A DNA stretch of 64,000 nucleotides from an uncultured Chitinophagales bacterium (GTDB lineage Bacteria; Bacteroidota; Rhodothermia; Balneolales; HLUCCA01): contig CAYYPL010000008.1 in the NCBI GenBank assembly GCA_964473555.1, positions 64,601 to 128,600 on the forward strand, read 5' to 3'. The translations under genes were made by a program, and so were the position numbers. The notes under the pieces are model-generated. The model was not told the DNA's origin. It saw nothing but the letters and a program-made list of their open reading frames with translations, and ran no database searches. Below are positions 38,559-48,774 of this stretch, piece by piece (the stretch's first letter is position 1; each line of letters starts with the position of its first letter).

Positions 38559-39743
38559 TCAGAATGTATATCCAATGCCCAGGTAAAACCGGATCAGTTC
38601 ATCGGAGAATCCAAGGTCCCCCCGTACGATAAAATCGTTGGTGAAAATGGACATTGCGCCACCGAGTCCGATGGTACGCTTGTGGTCGTTGAAGAAGTCA
38701 CTCACAATCTTGTCGTGGGTGAACACACGTCCACCATCGGTAAATAGTTGTCCACCCAACCGGAATCCCAATTCGGGATACTGTATCAACCAGGTCCTTA
38801 GTTCCGCCGTATAGTACAGGGAAGCATCTGCGATAAATCTTCCTTCCGCATAGCCACGCAGGGAGAATTCACCCCCAGCCTGAGGCAGACGCCAGAACGG
38901 AGTTTGTCCACCCGCCTGATGCCAGCCAAGTTTTACAGCTGCTGTGACAGGGAACAACCAGATTTGCCGGGTTGCATACTGGGATGCCTGAAACTGTACT
39001 TGCCAGGAGGAGTTGTCGAGGAGCAATCCGGGAGCAACTCGTACTTCGATCCGAGCCGTATTTCCCCGGGAAGGGGCAAATTCATCATCGCGGTTTTCCC
39101 ACACGAGTCCGGTTCCGGTTTCCCAAACCCAGAGCCCGTCAAGGAACTCAGGCTGATCCTGAAAAAGTTGATTGGTTTGCGAACCTGACTGGGGAGATTC
39201 CATAGAAAGATTCGAAACCAGCACCCAATCCAGCTTTCCGGTTATGGAATTGGATTTCCAAATGGGTTTTCTGGCGTATAATTCAACGAGTCCGAAGTAG
39301 GTTTCATAAAAATAGTATCCCTCGTTCCATAGGGATTTGTCGAACGCCGAGTTGTTGCCGAATCCAAAGTAAGTCGCCTCGCGGATTCGACCGATACTCA
39401 GATTGGATTTTGAGCGTATGTCTTGTCCGAACGATTGTACCTGCTCATACTGAAGTGACACAGAAAAGAGCCCTTTGGTGGTGGCCAGTGCCGATCCTGC
39501 GAATTGATTTCGAAATGGAGAGAGTCCATCCTGGTAATGGTATCTGGAGAACACGCCACCTGCAAGCAACCCCACATCCGAGGAGTACCCCAATGCGGGT
39601 AAAAACCCGATTTTAACCGAATCTTTAGGTGCATCAAGGGCACGTTGCGCCTTGGTTTGGGCTATTCCCATCCAGGCAGTCAGCAAAGTGATACTGGTTG
39701 TTAGTGCTACTGCCCTAATGAATGACGATCTGGATGTTCGCAA
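38559..39743 (-). CDS. Outer-membrane beta-barrel protein (Omp85/surface-antigen-like barrel), hypothetical
   Basis: Signal-peptide-like N-terminus ...AQTKAQ, alternating aromatic strands, C-terminal ...LGIGYTF. TTG start; start uncertain. Confidence 0.55.
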   Translation of the reverse strand: MRTSRSSFIRAVALTTSITLLTAWMGIAQTKAQRALDAPKDSVKIGFLPALGYSSDVGLLAGGVFSRYHYQDGLSPFRNQFAGSALATTKGLFSVSLQYEQVQSFGQDIRSKSNLSIGRIREATYFGFGNNSAFDKSLWNEGYYFYETYFGLVELYARKPIWKSNSITGKLDWVLVSNLSMESPQSGSQTNQLFQDQPEFLDGLWVWETGTGLVWENRDDEFAPSRGNTARIEVRVAPGLLLDNSSWQVQFQASQYATRQIWLFPVTAAVKLGWHQAGGQTPFWRLPQAGGEFSLRGYAEGRFIADASLYYTAELRTWLIQYPELGFRLGGQLFTDGGRVFTHDKIVSDFFNDHKRTIGLGGAMSIFTNDFIVRGDLGFSDELIRFYLGIGYTF

Positions 39744-39902
39744 GGAGGATACACGATTGGTTATGGATGAAGTGGAGCAAATTTAACCCAAAACGGCGTT
39801 AAATATTACTTAAATTAGCGAGTCTGTACCAAAGTTGGAGCATCAACTTGAGGCTTTCATCTTGCAGACGCTAACGCCACCATTCAAGACGCGGTATACC
39901 AC

Positions 39903-42344
39903 TTGAAGATTTTTCCCGAAAATACCATCGAAAAACTTGGCCTTTCGGCTATTATCGAGGCTACGCTCGAGAAAGTGCATGGAACGGTTTCACGAGAACT
40001 CATCGAAGCACTGGCACCGGTTTCCGATCGTGATGCAGTAGAGTCTGCTCTGGACAGGACTTCCGAGGCGATGAGATTGATGCGAAGTGGTGAGCCCTTG
40101 CCCATTGGGGAAATGTCGGATGTGCGTAGTGCCCTGAATCGGGCACGTCCGGAGGGTAGTTTGCTGGACCCGACCTCGTTGTTGCAAATCGGACAGTTAC
40201 TGGTGATGTCGCGTCGCGTAAAACAGTATTTCGATCAACGCAACGAATGGTATCCGAACTGGGCGCAATTATGCCAGACGATTCGTCCGTTAAAGTCGCT
40301 TGAAGAGGCTGTTTTCCTGGTATTGACCGAGCAGGGAGCGATTCGGGACACAGCCTCACCTGAATTGCAGACAATCAGGCGTAATCTGAGTTCTCGAAAA
40401 AACGATCTGCGCAGCACCCTCAACAGAATTCTCAGGCAGGCTTCTAAGGACGGCTATCTCAGTGAACAAGAGCCGACAATCCGTAGTGGGCGTATGGTGT
40501 TGGCCGTGAAGGCCGAACATAAGCGAAAAGTCTCGGGATTTGTGCACGATGAGTCGGCTACGGGACAGACTGTGTATCTAGAGCCAGTTGAAGCGCTGCA
40601 CATCAACAACGATATCCGTCAGTTGGAGAATGAAGAAGCACGGGAAATTGAGCGGATCTTGCGGATCCTTACGGGTAAAGTCCGCCTGGAATTGGATGCG
40701 ATCAGGGTGAATGTACATAATCTGGCCCAAATTGATGCCGGTTTTGCTATTGCCCGCTTGTCGATAGACCTGGATGGGGTGATTCCGGAGTTATCGGAGA
40801 GGGTGGCCGGTAGCGATGGTAGTATAAACGGGGAGCGTCGCCCGGTGCATGTTGTGCGTGGTTTCAATCCGCATCTGCTACTGAAAGCGGTGCGTGAATC
40901 AAACAGGGCCGCCATCGTGCCGCTGGATCTGACTCTGGAGTCGAATGAACGCTGCCTGGTGATAACGGGTCCGAATGCCGGGGGCAAGTCTGTTGCGCTC
41001 AAGACACTGGGACTGCTTTCGTTGATGGTGCAGTGCGGCTACGCTGTTCCTGTGCGCGAAGGGTCAAGGATTCCGGTGTTTGGTTCGATGTTTGTGGATA
41101 TGGGTGATGAGCAGTCGATCGAGAATGATCTGAGTACGTTCTCATCGAGACTAACCTGGATGCGCAAAACGGCGATTCAGGCGGGTAAAGACTCGTTGGT
41201 GTTGATCGATGAAGCTGGAACGGGAACGGATCCCGAGGAGGGTGTGGCGTTGTATCAGTCGTTGATCGAGCAATTGATCGAGCAGGGATCGCTGTGTGTG
41301 GTGACCACGCACCATGGGAACCTTAAAGTATTTGCGCATAATCATCCCGAGGCGGTAAATGCCTCGATGGAATTTGATCAGGCCACGTTGTCGCCGACCT
41401 ACCGATTTCGAAAGGGACTACCGGGCAGTAGTTATGCCTTTGAAATCGCCCAGCGTATTGGGGTTCCGACTCAGGTTCTCTCACGTGCACGGAATTTGAT
41501 CGGAGACTCACGTAATCGACTTGAGCAGCTCATCGCATCGATAGAGAAGGAATCGCAGCATACGGAAACGGTCCGCGTGCAGGCAGAGAACAGGCTCTCT
41601 GAGGCCAACAAACTGATCGCGGGATATCAGGAAAAGCTTGAACATTTGACCCGCGAGCGCGATAAGATCCGTGAAAAGGCGCTCATTGAAGCCCGGGAGA
41701 TCATGCAGGGAGCGAATAAGCGCATTGAAGACGCGGTTCGGCGTATTGTCGAAGACAAAGCTGGCAAGCAGGACATCAAGCAGATGCGCAAGGAGGTGGA
41801 TCTGGCCCAGAATCAGATCCAAGTGGAACTGGAGAAGGTAACCGAGAAAAAAGCTCCCAAAGCCCTTGGAACTCCACCCGCTGTGGGCGATACGGTGAGA
41901 ATGATCGACGGCAGTACAACGGGGGAGCTGGTGGAGGTGAACGGGAACCAGGCCATCGTGCTGGCATCGGGACTCCGACTCAAAACCAAGTACAAAAACC
42001 TCGTTAAGGTGCAGACTCCGGCCAGTAAAAAGAAAGATCGTGGTGGAGTGGTGATCTTATCATCGGGTGATGATCGCGATGATGGTATCATACGCGTGGT
42101 TTCTTCGACACTTGACCTTCGGGGCAAACGAGGAAATGAAGCAATCCAGGAGCTGACCCATTTTTTGGATAGGGTGGTGATGTCGGGATTGTCACAGGCT
42201 GAAATCATCCACGGAAAAGGGGATGGCATTTTAAGGAAGCTGGTGCACGAACATTTGCAAGGTCGAAGGGAAATCAAAACATTTAATCTGGCGCCCTGGG
42301 AACAAGGTGGACCCGGTTGTACCCTGGTTACATTAAAAGGATAG
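39903..42344 (+). CDS. mutS2: Endonuclease MutS2 (MutS-like ATPase with C-terminal Smr domain)
   Basis: Walker A GPNAGGKS, a coiled-coil middle region, and C-terminal Smr (LDLRGKRGNEA...IHGKGDGILR). TTG start giving MKIFPENT. Confidence 0.9.
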   Translation: MKIFPENTIEKLGLSAIIEATLEKVHGTVSRELIEALAPVSDRDAVESALDRTSEAMRLMRSGEPLPIGEMSDVRSALNRARPEGSLLDPTSLLQIGQLLVMSRRVKQYFDQRNEWYPNWAQLCQTIRPLKSLEEAVFLVLTEQGAIRDTASPELQTIRRNLSSRKNDLRSTLNRILRQASKDGYLSEQEPTIRSGRMVLAVKAEHKRKVSGFVHDESATGQTVYLEPVEALHINNDIRQLENEEAREIERILRILTGKVRLELDAIRVNVHNLAQIDAGFAIARLSIDLDGVIPELSERVAGSDGSINGERRPVHVVRGFNPHLLLKAVRESNRAAIVPLDLTLESNERCLVITGPNAGGKSVALKTLGLLSLMVQCGYAVPVREGSRIPVFGSMFVDMGDEQSIENDLSTFSSRLTWMRKTAIQAGKDSLVLIDEAGTGTDPEEGVALYQSLIEQLIEQGSLCVVTTHHGNLKVFAHNHPEAVNASMEFDQATLSPTYRFRKGLPGSSYAFEIAQRIGVPTQVLSRARNLIGDSRNRLEQLIASIEKESQHTETVRVQAENRLSEANKLIAGYQEKLEHLTRERDKIREKALIEAREIMQGANKRIEDAVRRIVEDKAGKQDIKQMRKEVDLAQNQIQVELEKVTEKKAPKALGTPPAVGDTVRMIDGSTTGELVEVNGNQAIVLASGLRLKTKYKNLVKVQTPASKKKDRGGVVILSSGDDRDDGIIRVVSSTLDLRGKRGNEAIQELTHFLDRVVMSGLSQAEIIHGKGDGILRKLVHEHLQGRREIKTFNLAPWEQGGPGCTLVTLKG

Positions 42345-42348
42345 GTAT

Positions 42349-43218
42349 ATGCTGATTGTTATTCTGATCCTGGTAGGACTCTTTGCAGGAACCATGTCGG
42401 GCCTTCTCGGTATAGGTGGTGGCACGATCTTTACTCCGGTACTTTTCTATTTGTTTGATCGGGGCGGAGTGAATAATCCGGAGCTATGGACCATAGGCAC
42501 CTCATTGTTTTGTACCTTCACGGCTACTGCAGGTGGAACCTTGAAACAGATTCAACAGAAAAGTGCTTTCCTTCGTGAGAGTGCCTTTGTGGGAATCATC
42601 GGGATTCTTGGTACTACGCTGGGGAAGCTGGTAGCAACGTCTGAATGGTATTCCAGAGATGAATTTTTGGTCCTGATTGGGGTAGTTTTACTCTACACAG
42701 GAATAAACTTTCTGCTCAACAGCTATAAAACCCGAAAGCAGGTCACTGAAGTCGGGATTGAGCGTCCGTTGGAGCCCGTACATACCGCAGTAACCGGAAC
42801 AGCCGGTGGATTTCTGGCTGCGATCTCAGGACTTGGAGGCGGAATCATTATGGTTCCTGTTATGAATCTAGTGTTTAAATACACCCTAAAAAAGGCAGTC
42901 AGTGTTGCCCAGTTTGCCATTGTGGTCATATCCATTGCGGGATTTAGTCAATACATGCTGCGATCACCTGGCACGGATCTGGCCACAACAGGGACTGACA
43001 TGCTGAACTCCCTGGCGGCAACATGGGTCACTATTTCACCTTACACCGTTGGATATGTGGACTTTGGCGTGAGTTTTCCGATGGTTATCGGGTCTTTTTT
43101 TGGGGGGATGATCGGTGTTTGGTTACATAGCAGAATCAACACCAGCTTCATCAAATTCATTTTTGGCATCCTTGTTGTTGTAGCCTCTGTCCGTATGCTG
43201 GCCGAGTTATGGATGTAA
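42349..43218 (+). CDS. TauE/SafE-family (DUF81) anion exporter permease
   Basis: Duplicated 4-TM halves with GLLGIGGG and GLGGGIIMVP motifs. Confidence 0.85.
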   Translation: MLIVILILVGLFAGTMSGLLGIGGGTIFTPVLFYLFDRGGVNNPELWTIGTSLFCTFTATAGGTLKQIQQKSAFLRESAFVGIIGILGTTLGKLVATSEWYSRDEFLVLIGVVLLYTGINFLLNSYKTRKQVTEVGIERPLEPVHTAVTGTAGGFLAAISGLGGGIIMVPVMNLVFKYTLKKAVSVAQFAIVVISIAGFSQYMLRSPGTDLATTGTDMLNSLAATWVTISPYTVGYVDFGVSFPMVIGSFFGGMIGVWLHSRINTSFIKFIFGILVVVASVRMLAELWM

Positions 43219-43259
43219 CAATTATTCAGATCTAAGTACGCTAGATTTTTAGTAAATTC

Positions 43260-43808
43260 ATGGACTATATGAATGAAGCAAATCAGGACACCATTATCGC
43301 TCAGGACAAGGTCTGGAGGGCGTTTTACACCAAGCCAAGGCATGAGCTAAAAATAGCGTCCAGGCTGGTAGATGCGGGCATACGTACGTACTGTCCGGTG
43401 ATAAAAACCAAAGTCCGGTGGAGTGATCGGTGGAAGAAAGTCTCAAAACCTGCATTACCGGGTTATGTATTTGCCCAGGTCGATGAGCCTGAACGCATCC
43501 AGGTACTCCAGGATGACTCCATATTGCGAAGTGTGATGTGGAACAAAAAGCTCGTCGAAATCACTCCCGCTGAAATTGATCTGATGATGTTGGTGCTCGA
43601 TGACGCAGAAAAAGTCGAATTGGATGATCTATCGGAAGGTGATCGGGTTGAAATTTCGCGTGGTAGCATGGTCGGAATGCAGGGTGTAGTTTTGCAGGTA
43701 TCCAACAAAACGGTCAGATTACGCATTGACTCGATCCAGTGCGACATGCTCGTACAGGTTTCAATCGCGAAAATCGGGAAAATAAAAGAACAGACAAATC
43801 AGGTCTAA
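43260..43808 (+). CDS. UpxY-family (NusG-like) transcription antiterminator
   Basis: NGN-like WRAFYTKPRHE...GYVF and KOW-like GDRVEISRGSMVGMQGVV. It is the first gene of the polysaccharide locus, as in Bacteroides capsule loci. Confidence 0.8.
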   Translation: MDYMNEANQDTIIAQDKVWRAFYTKPRHELKIASRLVDAGIRTYCPVIKTKVRWSDRWKKVSKPALPGYVFAQVDEPERIQVLQDDSILRSVMWNKKLVEITPAEIDLMMLVLDDAEKVELDDLSEGDRVEISRGSMVGMQGVVLQVSNKTVRLRIDSIQCDMLVQVSIAKIGKIKEQTNQV

Positions 43809-43839
43809 AACGATAAACCTGGTTTACTGAAATGGATAA

Positions 43840-43917
43840 AATGAGTAAATTTACTACTCATTCTTGTGAGTCAATCTGTGACTCACGTTGGCGAAGCTGT
43901 GAAAAGTCGTCCTTTTC
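43840..43917 (+). promoter_or_regulatory. Three consecutive stem-loops between upxY and the rest of the locus
   Basis: AATGAGTA/TACTCATT (43840-43862), GTGAGTCA/TGACTCAC (43866-43886) and GAAAAG/CTTTTC (43901-43917). None has a classical T-run. Confidence 0.4.
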
Positions 43918-44020
43918 TGAAATGATTTCTGAGTATTTACCTCTCTTTACTAGCTGGATAACGTAATTTGGACGTTCACATCTGGAGCATGTCGTGATCT
44001 GTTAAGACTTCCCTGTAGCC

Positions 44021-44548
44021 ATGTTAGACGTATTGATCAGTAACAAAACCCGGGTTAAACTCTTGCTCAGATTCTTTTTGAATCCTAAGCAGAAAGCGTA
44101 TCTGCGTGGACTCGAGAAAGAGTTTCAGGACAGTACGAACTCGATCAGACTTGAGTTGAACAGGTTTGAGGAAGCAGGATTGATTGAGTCTTTCAGGGAA
44201 GGTAACAAGAAGATGTACCGAGTAAATGCAGCTTACCCGCTCTATGGCGACCTGCATAATCTGGCGATGAAACACTTTGGAGTAGACCAGATTCTGGATC
44301 AAATCGTCTCCAAGTTAGGTTCATTAAAGTATGTGTATTTGACAGGAGATCTGGCAGCGGGTCGGGATTCGGATCTCCTGGACATCGCAATAGTCGGTGA
44401 TCACATTGATCGGGAGTATCTGGCAACATTGACTGAAAAGACGGAAGTCCTGATTAACAGGAAAATCAGAACGGTTGTTTTTGGGTCCAGTGAACTTGAC
44501 CGGATACCCAAGGAAAGGCTGTTGATTTTTGAAGAAGTCACTTCATGA
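44021..44548 (+). CDS. Winged-helix (ArsR-like) regulator with C-terminal nucleotidyltransferase-like domain
   Basis: N-terminal wHTH pattern (YLRGLEKEFQDSTNSIRLELNRFEEAGLI). The C-terminal YLTGDLAAGRDSDLLDIAIVG resembles a degenerate minimal-nucleotidyltransferase motif. Confidence 0.55.
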   Translation: MLDVLISNKTRVKLLLRFFLNPKQKAYLRGLEKEFQDSTNSIRLELNRFEEAGLIESFREGNKKMYRVNAAYPLYGDLHNLAMKHFGVDQILDQIVSKLGSLKYVYLTGDLAAGRDSDLLDIAIVGDHIDREYLATLTEKTEVLINRKIRTVVFGSSELDRIPKERLLIFEEVTS

Positions 44549-44706
44549 TGCCAGGTTCATACCAAGAAAGTCAACCATTTGGCAAAACATAGTGAAACTA
44601 ACTGGTGATTTCAGTAATTTTACGACCTGCATCTCGTTATTTTTGCAACAGCAGTTGGCGCTGGCTGTCAACATCCGTTTTAATTTTCAGAGAACAATTC
44701 TCCATC

Positions 44707-47415
44707 ATGACACAATTTAATAGACTCTTCAGGGTATTTGTTTTAGTTATTCTGCTGGTTGGTTCTGGTTCTTTAGCACTCTATGCTCAGAATTCTCAAT
44801 CAGGTAGTACTCAGGGAACGCAATCGGGTAATCAGCAAATCCCGGCGGGTCTGACCCAGGAGCAGTGGCAGCAGCTACAGCAGTATCAAATGCAACAGGC
44901 TGGTAATGCATCAAACACGAATCGAAATACCACTACTCAAACTGCTGTTTATGATCCCGCTACATTTATGGGTGAATTTTCAAGCGTCAGAATGCAGCAG
45001 GAACTCACAAGACGAAACGTGACCCGCGAAGAGCTTAGAGGTGGACTTGCCAGAAAAGGGATACTCCTGGAGAACATCCAGGAATCCAATCTTGCAAGAT
45101 ATCGAGATGTGATCATGCAGACCATCATTGAGATTGAAATTCAGAAAACCAGCATACAGGATGCCAAACAGTTGGCACTACAAAGTCTAATCCAGGAATT
45201 AGAACCGGATTTTCAGTTGCCTGCGTCTGTGAGAACGGTAACAGAACAGGATTTGAGGATGAGATTGCTGAAAATGGGAATCATTTATGAGAATATCCGC
45301 CCTGATCAGTTTGATCGATATGAGACCTTGATTGTATCCACTTTGGAAGAGCTTCAGGCAGAACTGGATGCTGAAAAACGCGAAGAAGAGTTAAACAGGA
45401 TTTATGGACACAGCATTTTTGCCGATAACACACTGGAAGTGTATCGCCTGACCGAAGGGGCTTCGGCAACAAGTAATTATGTACTTGGGACCAATGATAT
45501 CATCAGGGTCACCATCTTTGGTGTTTCGCAGGCCGACCTGGTGCTTGAAGTCAATGACCAGGGATTTGTGCAGCCACAGAATATGTCTCAAATTTATGTA
45601 CGGGGCTTAACGGTTGCTCAGGCCAGGGATCTGCTCCGACAACGTTTGCGTTCTGGTTTTACCTTCAACCAAGACCAGATTGTAGTAACTGTCCAGGAAA
45701 CGCGACCGATTTCAGTAAGTGTGATTGGGGAAACCAATAAAAATGGTACTTACTACCTTTCTGCGATGAATTCGGTGTTTAATCTGCTAGCCGTTGCGGG
45801 AGGACCCACTGAAATTGGATCTGTCCGAAGGATAGAACATATACGCGGGAGTACCCGATCGATGGTGGATGTGTACAAATTGATGGAGCATCCAACAGAA
45901 CAGTACAAGTTCGATCTTCAAAACAATGATGTATTGAATGTGCCTGTGGCGCAGATGTTGGTTAGAATAGAAGGTGGCGTCAAACGTCCGATGCGCTATG
46001 AAATGTTGGATAGCGAGTCATTGGTTGACCTGATCCGGTATGCTGGTGGACTTGCGGAAACGGCAAATCCAAATTTTGTTCAAATCCAGCGATTCGACAT
46101 GGGTCAGTTGAATTTGCTCGAGTTTAACCTGAATGAAGTAATGACGGGTCGCGAGGTGGTGAAGTTGAAATCTGGTGATATCATTCGAATCAGAACAACT
46201 GAAAATATGGTCCTGAACAAAGTTTCCGTTTCAGGATTTGTGATGTATCCCGGGGAATTCGGATTCAGACCTGGTATCACGGTAGGAGAGGCTATTGCAC
46301 TGGCAGGCGGACTTCGTCCGTCGGCATTTGAACGAGCTTACATCGAGAGAAGACCGATCAGGGACACAACGGTTGTCCGATATATCCCGATTAATCTTGG
46401 GACCAACGAAGCGATGTCGATGCTACTTGAGCCCAATGACAACATCCTGATCTACGACCGAACGCTGTATTCTAATGTTGGTGAGTTAACCATAACCGGA
46501 GCAGTGAAACAAACACAGCGATTCGGGTATGATCCGGAGCTGACCATTTATGATTTATTTACTGCCGCCGGAGGGTTTGCAGTTGGTGCCGCACACAATC
46601 GTGTGGAGGTGTTCAGAACTACTGTGTTCACGGATCGACCGGTGGAGATGGAGCTCATCACGCTTCAGTTATCTGAAAACTTCGAAGTGTTACCACCCAA
46701 TGAAAACTTCCAGCTCAAGCCATACGACAATATCGTTGTACGTCAAACACCCGGATTTCAGCTCAGTCGTACTGTGGAGATCAATGGGGAAGTAGAGTAT
46801 CCGGGAGTGTATCCTCTGGAGTCCATTCAAACGCATTTGAGTGACATTATACGTGAGGCTGGTGGGTTGCGCAACCAAGCCGATCCAATTGGTAGTACCT
46901 TGTTCAGAACCCAGGGTGACCGTGGATTTATCATCACAAACCTGAAAGATGTGATGCAAAATCCACGAAATGAGGCTTATGATCCGATTTTGTTCGAAGG
47001 GGATGTCATCACCATTGAGCGTCGTGAAAACATAGTTACCATCCGTCCGATCGGTACCAGGATGTATAATGCCGTTGACGAGCAATTCGCCCGGCGGAGT
47101 TTGAATCTTACTTATCAGGGACAAAAATCGGCAAAATGGTACATCCAGAATTATGCGGGTGGATTCGATGAGAATGCAGACAAAAATACGGTGACCGTAA
47201 CACTCAAAAACGGTCAGGTTTTGAGTACCCGAAAATTCCTTTGGATACGGAAATATCCAAAAGTGCAGTCTGGTTCTACCATCCAGATAGCCATGAAACC
47301 AGAGAAAATCCCAGGAGAAAGTGGGTTTGATTACGATCAATTCCTGACGCGCACTGCGCAGACCACCACTTCGTTTCTCACGATTTTATTACTTATCCAG
47401 CAGCTAAACAAGTAA
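44707..47415 (+). CDS. Polysaccharide export protein (Wza-like, multiple SLBB domains)
   Basis: ORF 44605..47415 trimmed to ATG 44707 (signal peptide ...LALYAQ). Q-rich linker and repeated soluble-ligand-binding beta-grasp-like modules (GDIIRI..., NDNILIY..., YDNIVVR..., GDVITIE...). Confidence 0.8.
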   Translation: MTQFNRLFRVFVLVILLVGSGSLALYAQNSQSGSTQGTQSGNQQIPAGLTQEQWQQLQQYQMQQAGNASNTNRNTTTQTAVYDPATFMGEFSSVRMQQELTRRNVTREELRGGLARKGILLENIQESNLARYRDVIMQTIIEIEIQKTSIQDAKQLALQSLIQELEPDFQLPASVRTVTEQDLRMRLLKMGIIYENIRPDQFDRYETLIVSTLEELQAELDAEKREEELNRIYGHSIFADNTLEVYRLTEGASATSNYVLGTNDIIRVTIFGVSQADLVLEVNDQGFVQPQNMSQIYVRGLTVAQARDLLRQRLRSGFTFNQDQIVVTVQETRPISVSVIGETNKNGTYYLSAMNSVFNLLAVAGGPTEIGSVRRIEHIRGSTRSMVDVYKLMEHPTEQYKFDLQNNDVLNVPVAQMLVRIEGGVKRPMRYEMLDSESLVDLIRYAGGLAETANPNFVQIQRFDMGQLNLLEFNLNEVMTGREVVKLKSGDIIRIRTTENMVLNKVSVSGFVMYPGEFGFRPGITVGEAIALAGGLRPSAFERAYIERRPIRDTTVVRYIPINLGTNEAMSMLLEPNDNILIYDRTLYSNVGELTITGAVKQTQRFGYDPELTIYDLFTAAGGFAVGAAHNRVEVFRTTVFTDRPVEMELITLQLSENFEVLPPNENFQLKPYDNIVVRQTPGFQLSRTVEINGEVEYPGVYPLESIQTHLSDIIREAGGLRNQADPIGSTLFRTQGDRGFIITNLKDVMQNPRNEAYDPILFEGDVITIERRENIVTIRPIGTRMYNAVDEQFARRSLNLTYQGQKSAKWYIQNYAGGFDENADKNTVTVTLKNGQVLSTRKFLWIRKYPKVQSGSTIQIAMKPEKIPGESGFDYDQFLTRTAQTTTSFLTILLLIQQLNK

Positions 47416-47418
47416 CCA

Positions 47419-48675
47419 GTGAGCAGTACAAACGTCCGAGAAGAAGAGATTTCGATTCCCGAGCTGGTGGTAAAGACCCAGCGTTACATTCGTTTTTTGA
47501 AGAAAAAACAACTGGTGATATGGATATTTGTCGGGGTAATGTTTGGGATTGGAATCCTCACTGCGCTCACCACGGAAGACGAGTTCGAGGCAACAAATGT
47601 AGTTTTATCGTACTCTGGTCCCAGTGGTAATGCAGGCTTGGCGGCGGCTAATCGGTTAGCTGGATTAGCGGGAATTACGTTACCTACCGGACCAGGAATG
47701 GATACCCGTGCAGTAAACGAAATGATGATCCCTACTATTCTCAACACCTTTCCTGTATCGGAAAAACTCGGAAAACAGCCACTACGCTTTTACAATGCGG
47801 GTGAGACCATAACCGGAATCCAATATTTCAGTCGGCCACCCGAAAAAACGGTTTTGGACTACATCAAACAATATACCGTTGAGTTACCAATAATCTTGAT
47901 TCAATGGGTGGTGAAGCAGATTGCCGGGGAGCCGGATCGCGTGCGTGCTCCTGAATCCGGTCAAGCTATTGACTCGCCTGATCAGGTTGCTACCAGTACC
48001 CCAACCGGAATTGCCGATATAGCTGCAGATGGTGTTTCAAACCCCTCAAATCGGCGAAATGAACACCTTTTTGTTGACCAGCATACCACCTATGCATTGA
48101 CTCAGTTAATTTCCAGAGTTACCATAGTCGTTGAAGGGAATCTAATCACGGTTACTGCAAATATGCCTGATCCCTATGCGGCAGCAGACCTGGCCCAGTC
48201 GGCTACAGACATATTAATGCAGGAATTAGTGAACTTTGAGATCCGAAAAACCGAAGAAGAGCTCAAATACCTGGAAGAACTCTACAGAGAGAGCGAACAG
48301 AAATACAACAATACGCTGTCACGATTGACCGAGCTACAGGACCGTCTTAGAAATACAAACTCTGCCCAGGCTAATATCGCTCAAATCCGTGCTGCAGGAG
48401 ATAACGAAATCGCCCGTCAACAGTTCTTGCAGATTACACTGCGCCTTGAACAAGCCCGGATCAAACTAAAAGAAGACACTCCGATGTTTGCCGTACTGAA
48501 TCCGGTACAGATTCCACAGCGGGCCATCAATGAAAACAAGATTGGTATTGTTATCATTTTTCTCTTCTTGGGATTGTTTCTTGGCATTGGTTGGGTGACA
48601 ACACGTGGTATTTTCCAAGCCATGAAAGCTGAAGCCGAGTCGGAAAAACAACTTTCTGAAGCCTCAAAAGCTTAA
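47419..48675 (+). CDS. Wzz/GumC-like polysaccharide chain-length determinant (no kinase domain)
   Basis: N-terminal TM helix, periplasmic coiled-coil (EELKYLEELYRESEQKYN...), C-terminal TM helix. GTG start 3 nt after the Wza-like stop. Confidence 0.65.
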   Translation: MSSTNVREEEISIPELVVKTQRYIRFLKKKQLVIWIFVGVMFGIGILTALTTEDEFEATNVVLSYSGPSGNAGLAAANRLAGLAGITLPTGPGMDTRAVNEMMIPTILNTFPVSEKLGKQPLRFYNAGETITGIQYFSRPPEKTVLDYIKQYTVELPIILIQWVVKQIAGEPDRVRAPESGQAIDSPDQVATSTPTGIADIAADGVSNPSNRRNEHLFVDQHTTYALTQLISRVTIVVEGNLITVTANMPDPYAAADLAQSATDILMQELVNFEIRKTEEELKYLEELYRESEQKYNNTLSRLTELQDRLRNTNSAQANIAQIRAAGDNEIARQQFLQITLRLEQARIKLKEDTPMFAVLNPVQIPQRAINENKIGIVIIFLFLGLFLGIGWVTTRGIFQAMKAEAESEKQLSEASKA

Positions 48676-48774
48676 TGATCTTCTTGATACTAAAAATCTC
48701 AAAACACCGGTTTTGACGATTACTCCGACTACAATTAGTGATACATTCATCAAACTATTTTTAAGGGATTCACT

